Both the position numbers and the translations under genes were made by a program. From the NCBI GenBank assembly GCA_000388065.2, contig KB932210.1: DNA of 6,135 nucleotides. One strand, 5' to 3'. Positions 1-6,135 of the stretch are shown piece after piece. The notes under the pieces were generated by a model. The model was not told where the DNA came from. It made no database searches and saw nothing but the letters and a program-made list of their open reading frames with translations. Numbering within the stretch: the first letter of the stretch is position 1; each line of letters starts with the position of its first letter. Source of the DNA: Fonticula alba ATCC 38817 (taxonomy: Eukaryota > Protista > Nucleariida).

Positions 1-396
1 CGGAACCTGAGCGCCGACCGGTCGTCGGTCCTCATCAGCACCATGCCCGAGCTGAATGCCATGACCGTGCGGTACGCGGCGCCCGAGGTGATCGGCGCCT
101 TCCAGCGGGGCGTGGCCCTGGACCGGGCGGCCTTCCTGCCGGCGGACGTGTACTCGGCGGCGGTGATGCTGCTGGAGTGCCTCACGCGCGCGGTCCCCTG
201 GCCAAACATGGACATGCAGGGGATTGTATCCGCCGTACAGGCCGGCTCCCGCCCAAGCACATCGGCCCTGTCCCCGGACATGGGGGATCTTGTGCACGCA
301 AGCTGGCAGACCGATGCCGGCCAACGGCCGAGTGCGGGTGCCCTGCGCCAGCGGTGCGTCATGTTCTTCGTGGCAGCGGGCGGCCTTGGCCAGTAG
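1..396 (+). CDS. 3' end (5'-truncated) of a protein kinase, TKL-like; activation segment through subdomain XI
   Basis: Frame +1 is open from base 1: RNLSADRSSVLISTMPELNAMTVRYAAPE (subdomain VIII APE), DVYSAAVMLLECLTRAVPW (IX), GSRP (X), WQTDAGQRPSA (XI, invariant Arg), stop TAG at 394-396. The ATG at 43 in the ORF track is internal. Confidence 0.95.
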   Translation, partial: RNLSADRSSVLISTMPELNAMTVRYAAPEVIGAFQRGVALDRAAFLPADVYSAAVMLLECLTRAVPWPNMDMQGIVSAVQAGSRPSTSALSPDMGDLVHASWQTDAGQRPSAGALRQRCVMFFVAAGGLGQ

Positions 397-417
397 GCCC
401 ACTCTGCCTCTGTCTCC

Positions 418-420
<3 letters not shown>

Positions 421-492
<72 letters not shown>
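421..492 (+). repeat. Perfect (TC)36 microsatellite inside a degenerate C/T tract of about 402-555, in the kinase 3'UTR
   Basis: Uninterrupted TC units from 421 to 492, with degenerate CT/CCCT flanks. It starts 25 nt after the stop codon. Confidence 0.97.
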
Positions 493-496
<4 letters not shown>

Positions 497-581
497 TCTC
501 TCCTTCTCTCTCTCCCCCTCTCCCTATCTCTCTCTCCCCCTCTCTCTCCCTCTCTTGGCGCGCATGCCCCCTGCCCGCCTC

Positions 582-587
582 AATAAA
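582..587 (+). terminator. Candidate polyadenylation signal AATAAA of the kinase gene
   Basis: The only AATAAA I found in a very GC-rich window. It lies 186 nt after the stop codon, with CA dinucleotides shortly downstream (e.g. 601-602) as possible cleavage sites. Confidence 0.7.
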
Positions 588-1089
588 CACACTCCTACCC
601 CATGAGCGAAGGTGGCCGGGCCTCTTCACGGCCGCTGCTCGGGCAGTCCACGGCCGACGCCCATCCCCGGGGATGGTCGGTCCCACGTGTGCGGCATACG
701 GCTGTGGCTTGGGAATGGGCTCATGTGCTCGGGCTCGGCGGGAGGGGTGCTGCACGGCGCGCGAGGCGGGCTCGCCTGCGCGTCGCAAGCGCGGCCCGGT
801 CGCCGGAGACACACGCCAACAGGCCGGGGTCACCACTCCGGCGCAGCCACCGAGGAGGCGCCCCCCTCCTCGGTCCGGGCGCCCCTGGTCGCGGCCGAAC
901 CGAGGCCCTGGACCAGGACGCCGCGTCCGGCCGCGCGACCATGTGCCCCGATCGAGCATCCTCGTTGCCCTCGAGCCACGGCTCGGGTGCCGCACCGGGC
1001 GCCTGCGACAGCTGTCCGCAGCGAGACGCAGCGGCCCCTGCCCGCCGGGCCGCGCTACGTGGCGCCGGGGTCCGACACTCGAGCAGGGG

Positions 1090-1113
1090 GCACACACACG
1101 CGCGCACGCGCGC
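1090..1113. repeat. 24-nt alternating purine/pyrimidine tract (CA/CG), Z-DNA-prone
   Basis: GCACACACACGCGCGCACGCGCGC is a perfect RY alternation. Confidence 0.7.
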
Positions 1114-2094
1114 CACGGGCCCCAGCATCGCAGATCGCCATACCTCCGGCGGCAGCCCGCCCGACGGGCCGTGCCCCACCAGCGCGTGTCCCCTCCGGAG
1201 AAAGGCCGCATCCACCCACCCCGTCGGCCTACCAGGGCCCGCGCGCCTGCGGCACCGGAGAGGCGGCCGAGGGGAGCCTCAAGGGGGGGGGGGCGGGACG
1301 CAAACATCGGCCACAGCCCCGCATGGCGGGCCTCCGGCAAGGCCCCGTGCGTCCGGCATGGGCTGGCAGCTTCCCGGAGCGCCGGCACCTGGTACGCCGC
1401 ATTTATGCGCCACACCCAACGCGCCGGGCCCTTGCCGGACGCACGGGCGGCGGCGGCGGCGGTCACACGGGCTCCCCCGCCGGCCGACCGAGCCCATGCC
1501 AGTTAAGGGGCCAGTTACGCAACCTCCAGGTCCCCTGGCAGAGGCGCACTTTTGGGCGATCATGCGCCGGCAGTTGCGCCGCCTCGTCGAACAATATTCG
1601 CCTGGGGGTCCCATCTTCTGCCAATTAGGTTTGTTGTTGTTTCGTCCGGGGCGCGGGCGCTCGGTTCCGGGCGGGCCCGCGTGCCAAGCACGTTTGAGCC
1701 CCGTCGGGCCGGGGAACGGGGCACGCCCCGGCGCTGGAACGTGTACGTGCCCCCCCCCCCCCCAGGCTCGCTTGCCGCCGCGCCGACCGGGGTCCCTCGC
1801 CATCTTGGCGCGCCTCGACCCTGGGATGACTGTTCGGCGGGGGCGCGCCCACGCGCGGCCCCCTGCGAGCTAGCCCGGGCCCGGGGTGTTCGGGACCGAA
1901 CGGCGGCGCGCCCGCGCCCCCCGCCCCCCCCCTTCGTCTCGAGTCACACTGGCTGCCGGGCCGAAAGCAACTCGGGCCCTTCGCCCGGCGCTCCGGGGCC
2001 CTCCTGCCGGGGGCGTTCGCTCGGGCGTCCGGCCCCCACGGCCCCTGCTCCGAGCACCCCCCCGCCCCCCCCCTTGGTGGTGAGGCGAGGGGAA

Positions 2095-2133
2095 GGGCGG
2101 GTCGGATGTCCGGAGGCCGGGGCGGGTCGGATG
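2095..2133 (+). promoter_or_regulatory. Two copies of the 14-nt direct repeat GGGCGGGTCGGATG (2095-2108 and 2120-2133), each containing a GC box (GGGCGG)
   Basis: The exact duplication is seen directly, about 280-320 nt upstream of ATG 2413. The regulatory role is inferred. Confidence 0.45.
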
Positions 2134-2350
2134 CGAAGAGAAGCCCGGGCCACATGTTTAGACGCCGGCGCCGCGGGGGGCCCCCCTCCGCCGGCCGCGC
2201 CTCCGGGTGGCCCGCACTGCCGCACGACTCGACCGGCGCCGGGATGGCACAAAAGCCCCGCCCCGAGGCCGGTATCCACCGGCTGCCGCGCCACCACCGA
2301 GCCGCGGCCCCTCTGCCTGCTCTGTCCCTCCCTCCGCTCCGCGCCGTGCT

Positions 2351-2377
2351 CCCCCCTCGCCCCCCTCGCCCCCCTCG
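2351..2377 (+). repeat. (CCCCCCTCG)x3 tandem repeat in the pyrimidine-rich leader of gene 2
   Basis: Three exact 9-nt units at 2351-2359, 2360-2368 and 2369-2377. Confidence 0.9.
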
Positions 2378-2412
2378 CCCCTGCTTTTGGCTCGCCTCCC
2401 CCCACCCGCCCC

Positions 2413-2499
2413 ATGCCCTCGGCAGCTGGCGCAGATCGCATGGGGCCGATGCTGCGAGCGCTGCTCCTGGCGCTATGCTGCGCGGCCCTGACCACCGCG
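2413..2499 (+). other. Predicted N-terminal signal peptide
   Basis: Basic Arg, hydrophobic core ALLLALCCAAL and a small-residue cleavage site TTA|QD. Confidence 0.8.
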
Positions 2500-3730
2500 C
2501 AGGACCTCTTCCTGTACAGTGCCCCGCACGAGGTCATCCAGACGCCGAGCCAGGTGACCTTCGTCACCAACCCCGGGGCGCACTCCCTGGCCGGGCTCCC
2601 GGGCGGAAGCCGGGAATTCCGCCTGCACCACCAGTCGGTCTTCCTGGACGAGTCGCCGGAAATCCGCTGGGGAGCCTTCTTCGGCCCGGCAGCCGAGATC
2701 CTGGTCAACCCGGCGACCGGCTTCGGGGCCGGCTCGCATCCCATGCTTGTCCCGGTGGCTGGCAGCCCCCTGCCCATGGTCATCCAGTGCACGACCGACG
2801 GGGTGGGCTTCTACACCCGGCCCGAGAGGCGGGCCCTGCCGGCGGCGGATGCCCAGGTGCTGGCGGCGGCGGCCTCATCCGCCATGTCGGTGACCCTGCT
2901 CGGGGTCGCCGGGGCCGATGGCCCATCGCCGCAGGGCTTCCTGGCCATCCTCAGCGAGGAGGCACTCGACGTTGTGTATGCCTTTGAGATGTCGCCGTCG
3001 CAGCGCCTGTCGGCGGCCGCCGGCGGCGGGCAGCGTTTCTACCTGGCCAACGGAAGTGTGATCATGTACCTTTCCCTCTCGCTCTCGGACCGCGCCGTGC
3101 AAACCTACCAGGCCCCCCTGCCCGGGGCCATCATCAGTCTGGCCGCCACGCGACTGGCCTCGCCGGCGGCCGCCTGCCCGGCTGACGCGGACATCCTGCT
3201 CCTGCTGGACACCGGCAACCTCTACATCTTCTCCTGCTACGACACGACCGGGTCGGCGGGCACCATCTTGACCAGCCTGCCGGCCGGGGTGCCGGCGGCC
3301 GGGGCCCGGATCTTGGCCCCGCCGGCCGCGTCCATGATCGAGGCGCTGCCCTGGTTCCTGATCTTGGCCCCCGGGGCGGCGGACCGCCGCGACCGGGTCT
3401 GGCGCGGGGACCTCCTGGCCAATGACATCTCCTGGCGCCGGGTGGTGCTGCCCTCGACGGCCTATGCGCTGGACGGGCTGCAGCTGGCCCACCTGGCCGT
3501 GCCCCAGGCCGCCGGCCTGTGGGCGCTGGTCTTCAACAAGACCGTGCTCTTCGAGCCCCGGGAGTTCGGCTGCTCCACCGACCGCAGCATCCAGTGCGAC
3601 AACGAGTCGACCATCTCGCCGAATGCGCCGGGCTGGCGATGCCTCACCGGGCACTTCCCATCGCCCTACGTGTCGTCGGATCACCTGTGCCCGGGCTGCG
3701 TCGATAACTGGCAACTGGAGCGCTCGGACG
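2413..3730 (+). CDS. Exon 1 of a large secreted/surface protein with furin-like Cys-rich repeats (probable receptor-kinase ectodomain): signal peptide, module A and the start of the Cys-rich linker
   Basis: Within track ORF 1552..3927, protein-like sequence with C/G-ending codons begins only at MPSAAGADRMGPMLRALLLALCCAALTTA-QD. Alternative in-frame ATGs are at 2440 and 2449. N-glycosylation sequons NGS, NKT and NES are present. The sequence turns low-complexity Pro/Gly right after the GT donor at 3731. Confidence 0.88.
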
Positions 3731-4006
3731 GTACGCCCCCATGCCGCCGGCCGGACCTGGCGCCAGGGCGGCGCCGGCCCTCGGTCGGCCCCGGGCCGCC
3801 GGGCTGGCCTGTGCTCCCTGGCTGCCTGCCTCCTTTTCCGGGACCGCCTCGCTGGCCCCCACCGGGCGGGCCCGGCCGCGCGCTCGCTCCCCCGCCTGGC
3901 CCTGGCCACCCCCCCCCCCCCCATTGACCGGACCCTGCCCATGTGTCTTTTGCCCGTGCTGACCCCCCCCCGCCGCCCCCTCGCCCGGCCCCCTCGCCCG
4001 GCCCAG
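3731..4006 (+). other. Spliceosomal intron, 276 nt, phase 1
   Basis: Donor G|GTACGC at 3731, branch-like CTGAC at 3959-3963, no AG between it and the acceptor CCCAG| at 4006, C-rich interior with C14 at 3909-3922, and an in-frame TGA at 3925-3927. Splicing gives ...ERSD-E(G|AG)-DYPMSNPEHQCSPC in an unbroken frame. Confidence 0.88.
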
Positions 4007-6135
4007 AGGACTATCCCATGTCCAATCCCGAGCACCAATGCTCCCCCTGCTCGAGCACCGGCTGCCAGACATGCTCCGCCCGCCATTGCCTCGTGTGTGC
4101 GTGGCACCGGATCCCGGAGGCCAGCGGCCCCGACGGGACGACCCGCTGTGTGGAGGCCTGCTCCGAGGGCTTCGCCCTGGTGGCCGGGGTGTGTCGCCCG
4201 GATGGGCTGGTCCTTCCGCGCGCCAGGCTGGCCGAGCCGGAGGCCGAGGACCTGCCCGGCCTGCCCCCCGGCCGGGCCATCACCGCCATCGGGGAGACAT
4301 GGCTGGCGCTGGACCCGGTGACCGGGCTGCCGGTGCTGCCGGCGACCCCCGGCCCACCGCTGGGGACCCTGCTCTTTGGCGGCCCACAGGAGGTCCTCTT
4401 CCTGGCCCAGGGGGACATGACCAGCCCGGCCCGGCCGCCGGCCAGGCCGATGTCGCTGCTGGACCAGGCCCTGCCGGGCCCGGTGGTGGCCTATGCCGAG
4501 GCCGGGCCCTTCCAGCATGGCCCCCGGCGGGCGTATGCCCTGCTGATGCTCGATGCGGGCGGCATCCTCCACCAGGCGTGGGTGTGGTGCGCCGAGCCCG
4601 GGCCCGGGGCCTGCGTGGCCGATGGGCCAGCCCGGCCGGCCCCCCTGCCGCTGGCCCGCCCGTGCCTCATGCTCCGGCGCTTGGATGCGCACCGGGTCCT
4701 GATGCAGGTGACCTCCACGGAGATGGTCCTCTTGACCCCGGACCCGGGCAGCCAGGGGGCCTCTTCCCTGGTGCTCCCCGCCACCGGGCTGGTGAGTCTG
4801 TCGGTGGCCGGCACCGGCCGGGCCGACCCCCGGCTGGGGGACTGGCTGGTGTGGTCCAGCCGCGCGGACAAGGTCACCGCCAGCCCGGCGGTCTTCCTGG
4901 ACCGGGGCGACGCCCGGTGGCACGCGCTGCAGGGGGCTTTCGTGCCGGACATCGCCCTCAACGAGAGCCACGCCGTGGCGGTGCTCCTGCCTCGGGGCGG
5001 CGACCGCCCGGCGGAGGTGGTCCTGGCCGACGCCAGCAGCGCGCACTGGTATGTCTTCCGCCCGGCGGGGGACATGCTGCCGGCCGGGCGGCCGGTCGAC
5101 CTGGCCGGCGCTCGCCAGCACCTCGGGCAGCTGCCGCGCGAGGAGCCCCTCGCCACGGAGGACCACTTGACCGTGCACTTCCAGGGCATCGCCCTGCCGG
5201 CCGGCGGGTCGGTCACCCCGGCCGCGCTGCTGCTCCTGACGCGCACCTTCATCGGGCTGGCGCTGCTGCACTGCCCCACGGGCGCCATCGGGCCGTGCCA
5301 CTTCCTGCCGGCGGCCTTCGTCGACCTCCCCCTGGCCATGCGGCTGCCCCCGGGGTCGGGCTTCTGGCTGCCGGCCGTGGCGCAGGAGGTCGACCCGGCC
5401 GCCCGGGCGGCCGCCGGCCTGGCCCCGGAGCATGCGCTCACCCTGCTGGCCTTCGCCCCGGACACCGGGCCCATCAGCGTCGAGGTGCTGGTCGAGTGCC
5501 CGGCCGGCACCTTCGGCCCGGACTGCCGGCCCTGCCATGCCTCCTGTGCCACGTGCCACGGCCCGGGCGCCGACCGGTGCTCCACCTGCCGGCACTGGGT
5601 CGACCACCTGCCGGAGGAGTGCCTGGCCGCCTGCCCGGCCGGGCTCTTCGCCGAGCCCCAGGGCCGGTGCACTTGCCATGCATCCTGCCTGGCCTGCTCG
5701 GTCGCCGGCACCGGGGACTTCCGGTGTGACACCTGCCCGGCGGGCACCGGGCCGGACCCCATAGGCCGCGAGCCCTTCCGGTGCTTCGCCTGCGCCGCCC
5801 CGTGCGCCGAGTGCAGGCACGCCGATGACCCGGCCGCGTGCACCCGCTGCCCGCCGGAGGCCTGGCTCTTCGAGGGGTCCTGCCTGGCCAGCTGCCCGGC
5901 CGGCGCCTGGCCCGATGCCGACACCCAACGCTGCCAGCCCTGCCCGGCCGGCTGCACCACCTGCACCTCGGCCAGCATCTGCACCGGCTGCCACGACCAG
6001 CGGTACCTGGAGGCTGACGGCCTGTGCCGAGCCTGCCATTCATCGTGCGCCGCCTGCGACAATGCCACCAGCTGCGCCGCCTGCCGGCCGGGGCTGGTCT
6101 TCCTGGCCACCGATGCCGGGCAGGCCTCCCTGTGC
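4007..6135 (+). CDS. Exon 2 (3'-truncated; missing from the ORF track): furin-like unit, beta-rich module B and tandem furin-like Cys-rich repeats
   Basis: I translated frame +1 by hand from 4009 to 6135 and found no stop. It begins DYPMSNPEHQCSPCSSTGCQTCSARHCLVC and ends CHSSCAACDNATSCAACRPGLVFLATDAGQASLC. With exon 1 it gives 1149 codons in the window. Confidence 0.93.
5497..6135 (+). repeat. Protein-level tandem furin-like (FU / growth-factor-receptor Cys-rich) repeats, at least 5 units
   Basis: C-x3-C-x2-C-xn-C-x2-C pattern, e.g. CHASCATCHGPGADRCSTC...CLAACPAG and CAAPCAEC...CTRC...CLASCPAG. Confidence 0.92.

Noticed and set aside
177-605. ORFs encoding (SL)n runs
   Set aside because: These are translations of the (TC)n microsatellite in frames overlapping the kinase.
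1446-1462. (GGC)5 trinucleotide run
   Set aside because: Short and unremarkable at this GC content.
1635-1700. GGACGAAAC on the minus strand, resembling a hammerhead ribozyme core
   Set aside because: No CUGANGA box upstream on that strand and no matching stem arrangement.
602-1873. Overlapping long spacer ORFs (602..1873, 612..1628, 673..1506, 721..1215, 1279..1803)
   Set aside because: Several frames are open at once, composition is Arg/Pro/Gly/Ala, they run through homopolymer tracts, and no domain is recognisable. This is expected at such high GC.
1552-2412. N-terminal extension of track ORF 1552..3927
   Set aside because: Translates poly-C runs and tandem repeats into poly-Pro and would bury the signal peptide about 290 aa inside the protein.
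4792-4859. Perfect donor-like GTGAGT at 4792 with a CAG at 4857-4859
   Set aside because: There is no CTRAY branch motif, removing 68 nt would shift the frame, and the unspliced frame is open and protein-like.
5221-5271. Hydrophobic stretch AALLLLTRTFIGLALLH as a possible transmembrane helix
   Set aside because: It is interrupted by Thr-Arg-Thr, has no basic stop-transfer cluster, is followed by more disulfide-type repeats, and matches the hairpin-Cys repeat seen at 3190-3237 and 4537-4590.
4038-5729. 563-aa alternative-frame + strand ORF, and the shorter 3422..4321, 5432..5764 and 5474..6043
   Set aside because: Off-frame shadows of the real frame +1 exon, which carries the Cys-repeat pattern.
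2875-6039. 1054-aa minus-strand ORF, plus the other long minus-strand ORFs 4491..6110 and 1944..2792
   Set aside because: The 1054-aa ORF is codon-for-codon antisense to frame +1. An antisense stop needs TTA, CTA or TCA sense codons, which are rare in this C/G-ending codon usage. All three products are low-complexity Gly/Arg/Ala/Pro with no motifs, so they are shadow ORFs.
1-6135. Prokaryotic features (operon, CRISPR array, IS element), tRNA/rRNA, transposon termini
   Set aside because: The intron, poly(A) signal, microsatellite and protein families indicate a eukaryote. I saw no repeat-spacer array, cloverleaf, terminal inverted repeats, or transposase/RT motifs.

Overview
Eukaryotic, very GC-rich genomic DNA; the ORF track is dominated by GC-driven spurious and shadow frames and misses the real gene structure. 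All credible coding sequence is in + strand frame 1. (1) 1-396 is the C-terminal lobe of a TKL-like protein kinase, followed by a long (TC)n 3'UTR tract and AATAAA at 582-587. (2) About 600-2400 is a non-coding spacer with orientation-switching poly-G/poly-C elements, a Z-DNA-type tract and a duplicated GC-box motif. (3) 2413 to beyond 6135 is a large secreted or surface protein gene with one 276-nt phase-1 intron (3731-4006). Its architecture is signal peptide, beta-rich module A, 14-Cys linker, beta-rich module B, then tandem furin-like Cys-rich repeats running off the window. From recall, not a search, this fits the expanded furin-repeat receptor TKL kinases of the holomycotan amoeba Fonticula alba, so the window probably shows two neighbours in a tandem receptor-kinase array. 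The transmembrane and kinase parts of gene 2 are not visible, so that link is inference. No rRNA, tRNA, CRISPR array or mobile element is supported.
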